A stretch of DNA of 64,000 bases from Azolla caroliniana (Eukaryota; Plantae; Polypodiophyta). The notes under the pieces were generated by a model. That model was not told where the DNA came from. It saw only the letters and a program-made list of their open reading frames with translations, and searched no databases. Position numbers and translations under genes: made by a program. This document shows, one piece after another, positions 1-12,182 of the stretch. Positions within the stretch are counted from its first letter, which is position 1. Each line of letters begins with the position of its first letter. The stretch spans positions 27,342,001 through 27,406,000 of the forward strand of contig JBHGNT010000001.1 of assembly GCA_043228905.1 (NCBI GenBank). Direction: 5' to 3'.

Positions 1-25
1 CTCACACACATAGAGAGAGAGAGAA

Positions 26-190
26 TAGAAACCAGGAGGAGGTCATGGGTTCAAACCCTTAGATTCCAGAGGTCATGGGCATCTCTAGTGAATTAAGAGA
101 TATGTATGTAGAGAGGTAAGAATTTTTTGTTTCGAACCCAAGACGTATTGTTTGTACTTGTAGTTTAACAACTTACCACTGAGCTGAAAT
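26..190. mobile_element. Copy of the dual tRNA-head SINE-like repeat, inverted relative to the copies at 36.7 and 44 kb
   Basis: Plus strand: ...accaggaggaggtcatgGGTTCAAACCc (B box). Minus strand: AGCTCAGTGGTAAG...cttgGGTTCGAAAC (A and B boxes). Shares motifs with 36701-36905. Flanked by (GA)n and (GT)n(GA)n. Confidence 0.65.
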
Positions 191-1402
191 AATTACGACA
201 AATAAATTGTCCCTCTGTGCATGTGTGTGTGTGTGTGAGAGAGAGAGAGATGGAGAGCGGTTGTGTATGGGTGAGAGAGAGAGAGATGGGGGCCCACGGG
301 CTATGAACAAACAAACAAAAAGAGCGAGCAAGTTTGTTGTAAGCTGTCGTTTTTTTAAGTCTCGTTATGTATGTTTGGTATTAGAACACCATAGACACAC
401 CAGAGGACCCTTGGGCTACATATTTCTAACTCTACTTCAACACTCATGATATATGAAGAACAATGATTTCGCTCCACCCAAAGCCTTATTGGCATCGTCT
501 CGTCGATCATGTGTTGTTGGCCCACCCCAATCCATGCATCGTCTGTCCCATTCCGTGGCTAGGTAGTATAGTAAGCAGCGAAAAAAACATGGTGCACGCG
601 ATCCTAGAGGAAACTGTAGACACCTCCATATACGTAGTAGCTATCAATTTCTGCCAAATGCTTTTGCACTCCAAATACTCAAGCCCCCCTCCAACATATT
701 GTCGATGCATGGCATTTCGTTCTCTCGTGTTGTTCCAATGACACGATCAATCCACGCACAACACATCTCCCTTTTCCTGTTGCTTTGTATCCGCACATGC
801 AAAAAGCCAAAAATGCTTTTATGCTCTTGTTCTTTTGTCACCCTAACAGTCTCATGTGATAACAAAACTACAAACATGGCCAATGTGCCACTAATGCTAA
901 TCACAAGGTTATCATACAAAATTTTCACTTTTCATTATTCCAACGTGAATTGTTCATTACAACATTTAGGTTGCAATTCGAGGCATTGGCCTTCATTTAT
1001 TATTCATAATTTTGTTTGAGATTGTGAGTATTATCATTGTGCTCCTAAAACAACCATTGTATTGTACAACCTTGAACTTGTTGCATTTTTTACAATTAAA
1101 ATAAAGAAAACAATACCATTATGATAAGAATTTAAATTAGCAATAAAGAAGAAAGGGTGCAAGACCACACGATCATCCCTAATAAAGACAAGTGATGGGT
1201 TTAGAGTCCTCCATGGATGTCCCATACCACCGAGTTTGAACATGGATCATACCTTGCATTTAAAGGAGGGATACATTTATGATGCTAGAGCTTTACCACA
1301 CCACCAAAGCCTCTATGCAACATAGCAACAACCTACATAAAGGTAACTAACCTTTTTTATAAGCATAAACCCTAATCAATTATCTTTTTCATACTTGATT
1401 GT

Positions 1403-1597
1403 GTTCTAAGGTTATCTACTATAGTAGGATTGAGAGTAGCCTCAATCTTTACTTCCATAGAAATTAGCCCACACCAAAGAAATCTTTACATTTCTTTTGG
1501 TTAAGTGATGAAACACTCTAAAGTTATCTACCACTATAGGATTGAGAGTAACCTCAATCCTTACCCTTCATACCATATAAATTAGCCGACACCAAGG
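1403..1597. repeat. Imperfect direct duplication of ~70 bp
   Basis: ctaa.gttatctac.a.agtaggattgagagta.cctcaatc.ttac...aaattagcc.acaccaa occurs at ~1405-1477 and ~1517-1596. Confidence 0.7.
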
Positions 1598-2421
1598 TTT
1601 GAAAACGACACTTCCTTTGGTTATGCCGGTAAGAATTACATTTTAAAAGGAAACATGAAAAAGACATTTTTATGCTATGCATGTGCTCAAGCATAATATT
1701 GTGTCTTTACACATTCTACGAAACTTTAATCAAAGAGGGAATTACAATTCTCTCAATAAAAAATTGTTGGAATAGATTTTCTTGGTTTGAATTGAAGCAA
1801 CAATTGTTGGAAGCACATTATGGATCTACGTGGTGGTTGAATGTAGATTCACAAGCATACCTTGTGAAGACGTAAACAAAATTGATAAGCATGATATTTT
1901 ATGGGTCACAAACGACCAAATTTTCTTCTTTTCAATAAGAGAGTAGAGTAATCCAAAAAAACAAATTAGGGTTATTCTAGATAGTTTGAAAAACATGTAA
2001 TTTTAGGTGCATTTTTTCCAAGACTCAATTCACACATACATATAAACCATGAAATGCAAAAACCTCATCTGCAGCACAATACAACGCAGAGATACACAAT
2101 GGTACCAATCCATATCCCAGCCATGGAAGGCTGAAAGAAGAAATAATGGCAGCCAAATGTCTTCTTTTTTGTTATGATTTTCATACAGAGTTTATGGTGT
2201 CTTGGAATAATGGCTTGCATATTGCCAATGGTTTTCTTTTTGCAGTTTTTGAATACTATATGCCCACAAAAGAAGAGCAAACAAAATCATATCTTTGTCG
2301 ATACCTCTCTATATATGGGTGTTTGCTTTCCATGGACCAAGAATACGGGCCTTGTTTTCTTTCTCCTATCGTGGCATGAACTGACCACATAAACCTCTTC
2401 AATGAGGGTAAATCAAAACCC

Positions 2422-4004
2422 TTATTGATGATCATAGCTCATCGATTTCTCGCAGGGTATGAATGTTGTAGATGACAATGGCACAAGGAAGAGCCCTTTA
2501 GCATGTAAAAATTGCATCGCCAAGCCCATATCATCTTCCATAAGTTTCACAACTTGGCACTCAGCTGTCATTATTCCATCTTCATCAACCATGGGTCCTG
2601 CTCCACCTAGCCGACTCATGCTCAAAACCTGGGGAAAAAAACATGTAGGCGATTAGGTTCGTAAAGGAAAACCATCAAAACTACTGCATCTTCGTCTTAT
2701 ATTGTAATTATGTTTCTACTCCCCTAACTTGTTGGGTATTTATGTTACCAGAGTACCCATAGGAAATGAAGCTGAAAGTTATGAATAGGTTTACATATAC
2801 AAATGAATCCAATTTACCTTTACTTGCAATTGAAGGAATTTCACATAATCAATTATCTCATCAAGCATGGATGCCTTGTCCGACTACATTAACAAACATT
2901 TAGTAACTCTTCTGACAATGTTAGATGGGTTCGAAAATGAACTAGAAAACATAACATAATACAATATACTAGAAAACAACACAAACATAAACACATAGAA
3001 CATCTAGACTTGGAAGCTCTTTTTTGCTCACACACTTTGTTGGCATTTGGAATGAGCTCTTGCAAGGATTTCATTCTCTCTGCAATTCTTTCTCGTCGAT
3101 GCTGCCGATGGACGAATGTTCAGAGAACTTCAAGTAGAATTTAGGAAGATCAAAGAGAGAAAGAGAGGAATATATACCCTTTCAGCAATGCTGTGAGGAT
3201 CAGTGGCTTGTCCACGTCTTGCTCGGACTCCAGACCTCACACCTTTAGCTCCTTGAGGCAGATCTATGGTTGTATGAGTGCCAACCAATGTCATGTCAAG
3301 GACCCCTTGGCCGCATTGCATCTGAAATATTATTACACACACACATATCTCACTCTAAAAATGGTGATGGTGATGATTCCCAATTCAAACAAACTAGAAA
3401 CCCCACAATCTAAAAGTTGCATAAGGCTATCATAATTGATAGGTGGTCATGAATTACAACATAACCAAACTAAAAATCAATAAAGCAACTACTGAAAAGT
3501 TTCACAAATATTATCAAAACGTACTGAGTTTCCCCCTTGTGAATTTTCCCTACACCTGTCTCCATTGCTTTGAATTGGGGCTGTGGCCAAGGCTTCGATG
3601 CCATGAGATTGACGCCATGTGCTTGAAGTAGTAGCTAACAGAGTATTAGGTGTTCCTTGTTGTTGTTGTTGTTGTTGGTTATGTCGATGCGAGACCACCC
3701 CATCATCTTTTATACTATTAGCACCACATTGATCAAATGATAATACTTGATTGATGCCTGAAGATAGCAGCATGTGATTAGAGTTAAGATGTTGTTGTTG
3801 ATGTTGAGAGATGAATCTATCATATTCATTTCCATTTATACATCGATCCAATGAGAGTGATTGCTGTGAGAAAGATGAATCAGTTGTTATGACCGGTGGG
3901 GTGGGAGAAGTAGTGACCGCCAACAGATTAATGGTGACCTTGGAAGTATCCGTGGACATGACACCCCAATCCTCCACAAGAGAAGGTAGATGGGGATTCA
4001 GCAT
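2422..4004 (-). CDS. LRL: LRL/UNE12-like bHLH transcription factor (bHLH subfamily XI), about 320 aa, 5 exons: 4004-3525, 3321-3178, 3101-3036, 2883-2818, 2628-2422
   Basis: Spliced translation gives [17 protein letters not shown]|[22 protein letters not shown]|[22 protein letters not shown]|[11 protein letters not shown]...[25 protein letters not shown], i.e. the bHLH plus the C-terminal LRL domain. All introns are GT-AG, phase 0. The exon 1 donor (TCA|gtacgt at 3525) was chosen because it keeps frame; the N-terminus is Q/H-rich and less certain. Confidence 0.9.
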
Positions 4005-4191
4005 TGCTATTTGTTCGGATATCTATATAAACTCTGAACAATCAGTCAATCAATCGGCAAAACAACATTAATCTTTCTCGTTCTTTTTCTACCCCATTAT
4101 GGAAGACGGATTAATATTTTTTTTCATCTGCAGTGGCTTGAAATGAATGAATGGTAGCTCCCACCATAACCAGGAGCTTTTAAAAAAGATC

Positions 4192-4222
<31 letters not shown>

Positions 4223-6213
4223 CAGTGACAAGAGAAGCGCTCCTATGAATGGGAGAGCGAGTGGGTGGGTGTTGTGATGGAGGAGAGGATTAATGAATGA
4301 ATGAAAAAAAAAAGAGCAAGAGCTTTTGTTCTGTTACTCTGTTGTTATTTTAGTTGAGAACAGAAACAGAACAGCAGGGTCCCTTTTTCCTTCTTCTACT
4401 ACTACTACTTCTTCTTCTTTTTCTTCTTCTAAATTTGGTGGAAGTGTAAGTTGTAACTAACGCCTCTTTCTCTTTCTGGATCCCCCCCCCCTCCCCCCTC
4501 CCTCCTCCCTCTTGCAATTTGAATGTGAGTCTCTTCTCTCCATTTGTTTTGTTTGGCCTTGTCTTTGCTTGCCTTTTGCTTTGCCTGCCAATTGCGTCCT
4601 GCTCTTGAGTTCACACTCGGCCATCGCGTACTCCCGACCATCACGTACCCACTTCTTCAAAACCATCTGCTCGTCCATGTCCTCCTCTCATAACCACGAT
4701 TCCCTTCCGATTAGCAATACCTCTTGCCATCTTCAAGGCTAGGTGGCACATCAAATATCCATGTTTATGTAGCATTTAAAACATTGCGCAACCTAAATCC
4801 TTGTTACAATTGATGGGGTTGGACAACAAACACATGGGTGCGGGCAAGAGCAAGGAAAGTGTGCCATCTAGCAAGACAACTAAAAGTAAGATATTTATCA
4901 ACCAACCTCATGGCCATCTATAATTTGTTGCAAATAACAGTTTGTATGATGTACTTGGAAAACACATCGTAAGTCCTTATACTTTCACGTTTTTATTCAA
5001 CAATTTTCATGTGTCTCACCTCTTCGTGTTGATCTAAGGAATTTCATTAATTCATTTCGTGTCATTCGTAATTTGTATTGTTCTTCTTCACATTCGTGTC
5101 ATAAGAAATCGTAGGCTTCCAAGCCAAATAATGAAAGACTTGTCGAAGAAAATGGGTGGGCCACAAGAATGAGAAGTGTGTGAAACAATGAACTAGCAAG
5201 CGTTGTTAGGGGGAAATCTTATAATCTAAAAATGTTTACCACAATGTTACAAAGTGGAAGATGACACCAACATAGCGGTTTGTGGCAAAAGTGAACAAGT
5301 ACAATGCATGGGAATGCATAAATCTACTCGTGATATGTTTTCAAAACATTAGCTACACATAGTCACCATAGGTAACATAACCACGAGGAACAAATTGATT
5401 ACATATGAACTCTTATAAAGCATAGGGTATGTTGTCATGCCAATATCGCACAATTGTTGTAGAGCACAAAGTTGATTTAGCCTTATTTGTCATGTTATCA
5501 CACGGTACAAACTAAATCTCAAGTGGATGGTATCATGGATCATATTGAGATAATCTAATATCTATTAACCCAATCTTGACAAATGTCAAGTTTTTCAAGA
5601 GGGCAACAAAACAACGCGATGAAGAAAAGGGCTAAAAATAGTGAAGGATTTATTGAATTTTATCCTTCCATGTCTCTTTTGGTTTCACATGTATTGGATA
5701 GCTTTAACACCTGTGAAATATCCGAGACTCTCCCTCATTCTTTTCTACGTATATCACAAAGGTTTTTGTCATATCCTCAAATGTGTCGGCTCTCCAAACA
5801 AATTTCCTTTATATTTCCCCAATGCCCTTAGGCAAAAGGCATGGGCAACAAGAAATAACAACAAAGTGGCTCGAGTGAGCAACACAGAAAATATAACGAA
5901 AAACATGAGTGGCCATCTCTGGCAGATGCTAGAAAGAAAGAAAGAAAGAAAGGGAAGAATATTGTGTGTTTTTCTATTTCTAGGTCGTCTTCTTCTTATT
6001 TTAGTGCGAGACGCGTACCAAAAAGAGGCAAAAAGGAAAGGCCGGGCGGCCGCGTGTGAAACCAAGGAGGTATGGGCGGACAGGTGTGAAACCTGAACGC
6101 GAATATAATTCTATGATTTCTTCGCGGACACAGCCCACGCACACAGAGAAGAAGAGGAAGAAGAAGGAATCGGAACAGACGAAGAAGACGAAGAAGAAGA
6201 AGAAGAAGCGGCT

Positions 6214-9110
6214 ATGGCGTCCGCAGCATCCAAGAAGGCGTTTTCGAGCATCTTCTCCCTCATCCCGGCCAACATTAGACCTCAGACCGCAGATCTCTCT
6301 GCTGGTGTCCTATGGGGAGCCACTCTCGGCGTTGGTGCCCTCTGGCTCGTCCAGGTTCCTTTCGTTTCCCTTCCCTTCTTCACCAATCTTTTTTAGGGTT
6401 CATTCTATCTTGTTTCTCTTCCCTTCTCTCTCTCACTATAATATTCAGGGTTGAATCCTGTGTTTTGTTGCCTTCCTTTTATTTTTGCCATTGTTGTAGG
6501 GCTGTTTGTTGAGTGATTTCTATTTCTAAGGTTTTTCCTCATTCTGTATGTATCCGTCAGGCTTAATCTTTTATTATTATTATCCTTAGCTCGTTTTATG
6601 TGTTTTCTCGATTTCCGTTATGTTGTTTTTCTTATGCATGGGATATAAGGTTGGTTGCCCTCATCAATTTCAATGTGTTCTTCGTTTCTATGTATATTCT
6701 TGGAAAGTCCGTTTTTTCTGGAAGTTGCGTGAAGTACGAGTTTTTTGTATGATTTAGGATTAATATTTCTCGTGTTCCTTGCTGTGCTGGAAACACGTCT
6801 TTGATGTGTGCATTTCCTTTTTACAAAGTATTTGTACTGTTACGACATTTTCTCTTTTCTGTGTATTCTTCTTTGTTAAAAGATTACAAATTTTCCCGCT
6901 GTTTATATATATTATATATATACGTATATATGTATTAATTTCTGTATTAATTGCTATATCCGGTGCGATATTTATATGTTTTTAATGGTTAATCTTTCTC
7001 ATTTCTAGTTTAGTTCTATATGTCCCACTATTTTCTTGTCTCGTTTAGTATTTTGATGTCAAATCTTTTCCTTTTTGTGACATTTTTTTATTGTCTTAAA
7101 TTTACAGCCTTGTTTTTGGATTATTGTTTTGATTCTTGTAATGATTTAGACTCTCCCTATGTTCTCAAATGATCTGTTAGCAGAGACTTTCTCCATGATT
7201 ATTCTTTCTTTTAGGTACTTTATTCTTGAGTTTGGCGAAAGTCGCATCATGTTTTTGGCTAGTCTTTTCTTTCCTGCATAGTTCGGGGATTAGCATTTTC
7301 TACATTGGATGATTTACTGAATAAAAAGTGTTGGCATTCAATCTTTTGCACTGGTGTGTTTCATGATCTCTGTATGTAGTTTTGGTATATTTCAGTGTTT
7401 GCGGTTAACTCATAGTTTTCTCATGCGGAAATTTCATGACTTTCTTAAGCATTTGTATTACTTATGGTAAATATTCACAAGTTCTCCTGCACAGTTGTAT
7501 GATGTAGAATTTGTTTGTCCATAGCGGTGATAATATATCTTTAGTTTTTAAATCATACCATGTATGTAGTGGGATTCCATAGCTGAATGTTTTGAGTTGA
7601 ACGTTTGTATGCACAATGACTCTGCTTGGTTTGTGGACTTTCTCATAAGAGTGAATAGATTGTGTCATTTTTGTTTCATCTCTAAACCTTCTTTGACTCA
7701 GCATTTCTACATTAAAATTTAGGGAAAAAGTCCTACTCCATACTGTGGCTGATTTTTCCTCAAGTCCCAAATATGCATAAATTTCCGTAATTTGCTCAAA
7801 TGTCTGTGTTTAACCTTGCTCTCCCTCTGGCAATTTTAGATGTTACATGAACAATTATATGGCCAATGCGTACCTAGTTTTTACTTTTTTCGGGGGATGA
7901 ACATGAACTAGGGGTAACATTTGTGGAAAGAAAGAGTTGCAGTGTATTTTGAGGTATTTTCTAGTTTTTGGATTGTTAAATGTTTTAGTATGCACTTCAT
8001 CTTGCAATTGCCAATGGTTTGGTTCAGGTGAAACTAGTTTGGCACTTTTAGATATCTTAAGATGAAACCAGAAAAAGGAGCAGAGACTTCAACTCTACCA
8101 AACCAAACATGGAATTATACACCTTTTTTAAGAACGATTCAAAACCAAATCACTAAAACTGTTTAGGAAATAATTTCCATAGCAAATTAAAATGAAAATC
8201 ATAAATTTTAAATTATAAAAAATATGAAAACAAATTCTTGTGCTATTATAAAATGAAGACATTGTACTACATTTATAGACCTGCACATAGGGTGAGATAA
8301 CTTGTAAGAGAGGTGCTTTATATTAATTTATAATGTCTAATGACCATATAAGTACGTTTAAGCCTTTTACTTGCCATTTTCGGACTAACCAAACTGAAAT
8401 GTTGAACTCCCCAGTCAAACTGTTTTAAATCAATGCTTCATGTTTCCTTTTGGCTTAAACCGAGCCATTACCTTTTGCTGATTTCTATTGGCCATAGCAA
8501 AAAATAGGTTTAACCCTCTTCTTAATACTTACAAATTAAAGAAACCCCTTCAGGTTTTTTAATGTAGAAGTAATTATGTGGAGAAGACGATACTAATATA
8601 GCTGCATAACATGGAGAATAGATAATAAATCACAAGTCATAGGACTTGCAGTGAAATGAAGACTATGTCCTTCGTGGAGAATAATTCTTATGTTGTGATC
8701 TCTTAAGTAAGGCAATCATATAGATCTTGCTGTGAAGTGGAGAAAATGAAATAAAGGGTAGGATTGGTGGGGTAACAATGACTATCCTTCGCTTGAAAAT
8801 TTACAGCCCTTACCTTACAAACAATCAGAAGACCATGAAAAGGAACCTAAGAAGAATGTTTGACAATGTTTCAGAGATTCTTTGAGACATTTTGTGGTTA
8901 GCACTTATTGAGGGTTGCTATTTTTTCATAGAATTATTCATGTTTTTGTCATGTTATGGTGTTTTAGTCTGATTGTGTGATTTGTTACTTTGCTGCTGCT
9001 ATATGTTCATGATTGGTCTCATTCATGCAATGTTTTTTTCTAATTTTATTCAGCCTTTTGATTGGATCAAGCAACAATTTTCAAAGAGTGAAGAGACATC
9101 TACCTCTTAA
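6214..9110 (+). CDS. QCR10: Ubiquinol-cytochrome c reductase (complex III) 6.7 kDa subunit QCR10/UCRY, 65 aa, exons 6214-6354 and 9054-9110
   Basis: Exon 1 MASAASKKAFSSIFSLIPANIRPQTADLSAGVLWGATLGVGALWLVQ|gt; exon 2 cag|PFDWIKQQFSKSEETSTS*. The motif A.LWG....GALWLVQPFDWIK is characteristic of plant QCR10. Phase-0 GT-AG intron of ~2.7 kb. Confidence 0.9.
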
Positions 9111-10387
9111 TAGTAGTCATTTGCAACAGCAACTTCCTACAATAATTTCTTGGCGATTTTAACTATTTTCGAATTGTAATTCTCTGCCATTATTTAGTGG
9201 CGCATTGCGATTATTGAACCATTGTAAAAGAGAAGAATGTAAGGCTGGTCTGAACATATTTGAAATAAGATTGTGACAATTTGGACCCTAATCTAGTTTC
9301 TTTTACTGCTAGTTATTGAATTTGGAGGACTTAAAAATGCTGAATGCATTATCAGGATTTATATGCATAAAGCAGTAGCAAGATTGAATGTGGAACAGGG
9401 GCAATATACCTTGTTGAAATGCTATAGAGAGAAAACTGAGGTGCTAAATGTCAATTATAAGAATGTGGTATGTCATTTATCTTGCATTTCAATTGTTATA
9501 AATTCTCTATACCCCCTCCCCTGTAACGCTTGAAATTTTTTATCTACCAGTTATTCTTTAGCCTGGCCCTCAAATGACAGTGGAGGATCCTTCAACTTAT
9601 AGAACTTTGCCCTTGAAAAACTTGTAAACTGTTCCAAGAGCATTTTTTTATGAAGTTATTGCAAATGAAAACATAAATGCTGTACATGGTCCTACTTAAG
9701 AGCACATGTATGGACTGGGATTTTGAATACATGTTACATCAGGTCAACCATTCTTAGAATTGTATAGGAAGCCTTGTTTAATGATGCCTTCTTACATCCC
9801 TTCATGAATGAATGTTCTTTGTGACAATAAAAGAATATGGATTGGGGGAGATATGGATGCTTGGATTTCTCATATTACATTCTATGTCATATCTCACACC
9901 AAACTAGAAAACCATATTCGTGTATGAAATTGTAAATTGCAGTCACTTTACACTGAAGGGCCTATTTGTTTGTCTTCTATTTGCACCGTTGGTTTTATGT
10001 CTCAGGTCACATTTTCTTTAATGTGAAATGGGGTGTTGTAGAAGGTTAATTGGTCTTGTTCATAAATTAACTATAGGTGACCAATAGGGTTTTGGCTCCT
10101 TTATTAGACTTTCCAATAGGTTTTGTTACCCCGTTTAAACATACGGGTAGTTATGGAATTTATGCAGGTTACGAGAGGTTAGGCAATAACTTTTCAGATG
10201 AACTTGCCTTATAGGAGTTAGGGGTAAATGAAAGGAAACATGTTCACTTGTTTTGTCTAAACAAATTTGTGAGTTTCAGTATTAACATACTACAATCTTC
10301 CTATTTTTTCAAATTCTAGTTTGCTTTTTCCACATTGTCAACGAGCATTGATTTGCACACACTATTCTCTTGCAATCACAATGTGAA

Positions 10388-11270
10388 CTAGGGCCAACTA
10401 GGACCATTTCCTCCATGTGTCAGCATTGGTGTGCAATGATAGGAGCGGTTGTTGAAGCGGTTGCTAACCATGTCCAGTAGCCCTCGTAGGTAGTTGATAA
10501 TTGCAAACCATATCTCCATGATCAACCCCTCCGGCGGTTGTACCTGATCTTGGAAGACCCTTCGACAACATGCTTTCCGCACATACAAGAAGGTGAAGCC
10601 TGCAATCAACGTCCACATCTCTTGGAAGCGGGGGGAAGCAGTTCTCAACCCTCTCTCAAACTGGGTCTTGACTATTTAGCCTCATGTGCATTTAGAGCAC
10701 CAATTGCTTGTGTTGAAAGTGTTTGCCCAACAATCAGGCGAGGGAATGATCCAGGTTGTTACGCTCCACGATGTTTTCCCATCCACCTTGTATGCTACGA
10801 GGAGCTTGGGGGCAATCCCATTGATAGTGTCTTAGAGTCTCAATAGGTGTAGGGTGGAGTGGGGTCCCAAATCCCTCTCACCAAATTTGCGTAACCCATT
10901 CGCCAATGGGGACCACTTTATGGTTGATCTGCCACCAAAACAACTTGATCTTCTCAAGCATGTGGAGATGCTAGAAGGCCGTCTAGAATGTACAGAGTAG
11001 CTTGTTAGGATTGTCCAATGTCCACCAACCATTGCGCACGCGGCCTTCCAAGTGCATTTGTATAGCTTGCCCTAGTTGAGTTTGTAATCAAAGAAATGGT
11101 GCAACCTACTACCATGTTTCCACTTGAAATCCCTTGGGTCCCATTTGAGTTCCTCGAGGGGGCGATTATCATAGACCCACAACTTCCATTGGGGTTCCAC
11201 TTGATCTTCCAACCTGGGCCATCACTCGGATCGGTTGCCAAGTGCCACAACTCTGGCTCTCCCAAATACT
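10388..11270 (-). mobile_element. Degenerate L1-like non-LTR retrotransposon fragment (ORF2 C-terminal region)
   Basis: Broken frames such as MWTLIAGFTFLYVRKACCRRVFQDQVQPPEGLIMEIWFAIINYLRG resemble the W..RC..VF...EIW C-terminus also seen at 45093 and 51802. Confidence 0.65.
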
Positions 11271-11559
11271 AGCATTTTATCTTCATTGTTTGCCTTCGTT
11301 TTTTTGCATGCTTTATAAAAAACTTTTCCAAAATGTGAAGACAACAAAAACGTTTTTTTGCAAGCTTGATAAGTTATTGGTTGATGCACATACTGCCAAT
11401 TACATAGCATACAAGTGCAACCTTTTATTGATCATGCCATATGGATTGATACAATAAGGAAGAACAAAATTCCAAAACAATTCTAATGAGTGGGGCAGTA
11501 ATAAAGAGAGCAACTCTACGTAAATAGAGCTATGGAAATAAATAGGGAACAATGTTCGA

Positions 11560-11716
11560 CGATATGGTCACGGCCCACTTACGCTTTTTGCAAAAATGGA
11601 GGAACATGCCGATGGTGACGCGAGGAAACTACCAGGCCCCACGTTGGCTGTTTCCTACTCACCTCCCACCCTCCCTTCGTTGAAGGCTAGAGGACCAGGC
11701 TCGTGCTGGTTGACGA
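11560..11716 (+). mobile_element. LINE 3'-end remnant interrupted by the Gypsy insertion
   Basis: ttttgcaaaaatgg...atggt...aactaccaggccccacgttggctgtttcc resembles the LINE 3' family motif at 30445-30540 and 52030-52120. Confidence 0.5.
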
Positions 11717-12157
11717 TATTAGAGACATGTACTAAAGTAAGCATTAGATAATGATAAATCTAGGTAGATAGAAAGAAAGGAGAGAGAGAAAGAAGGGTGT
11801 TGATCCACCCAACCACCCTCGAGCGAAGGGATCGAGACGGACTCGAGCCTCGATTGGCGTCCCATACCACCGTCGTGGCGTCAAGTCGTACCTGGTGCTG
11901 GCGTGCTCGTTACAAGAGTTGACCCACCACAAGACAGAGTCTCGACGTAGTCAACAAGATAGTGAAATGAGGGTAGCTAGGCCTCTTATTTATAGCGATA
12001 CCCAAGGCCCCCAAGAAAGTTCAGACTTGGCCTAATGGGTTGTCTCAATCCCGAGGATTTAAAAGTAATCCTCCCCTTCTTTACACTCTCGATCCACGTG
12101 TATAGAATACTACGGTAAATTCTTACCACGAGATATTATATGGTCATGCCCGTAACA
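11717..12157 (-). repeat. Gypsy 3' LTR (441 bp)
   Basis: Near-identical to 17746-18202; preceded by the PPT on the minus strand. Confidence 0.93.
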
Positions 12158-12182
12158 TACTCCCCTCCCCCTCTTTAAAACA

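Noticed and set aside
430-1020. Cluster of short ORFs, with a weak LINE-like EGGLSI motif on the minus strand
   Set aside because: Too little similarity to support a gene or TE call.
3553-3556. Alternative donor cag|gtgtag for bHLH exon 1
   Set aside because: It gives phase 2 and an early stop when joined to exon 2; the donor at 3525 keeps frame.
5583-6512. Overlapping ORFs of 66-151 aa around QCR10 exon 1
   Set aside because: They arise from AAG-rich leader and low-complexity sequence; only the 6214 frame has a recognisable motif and a splice partner.
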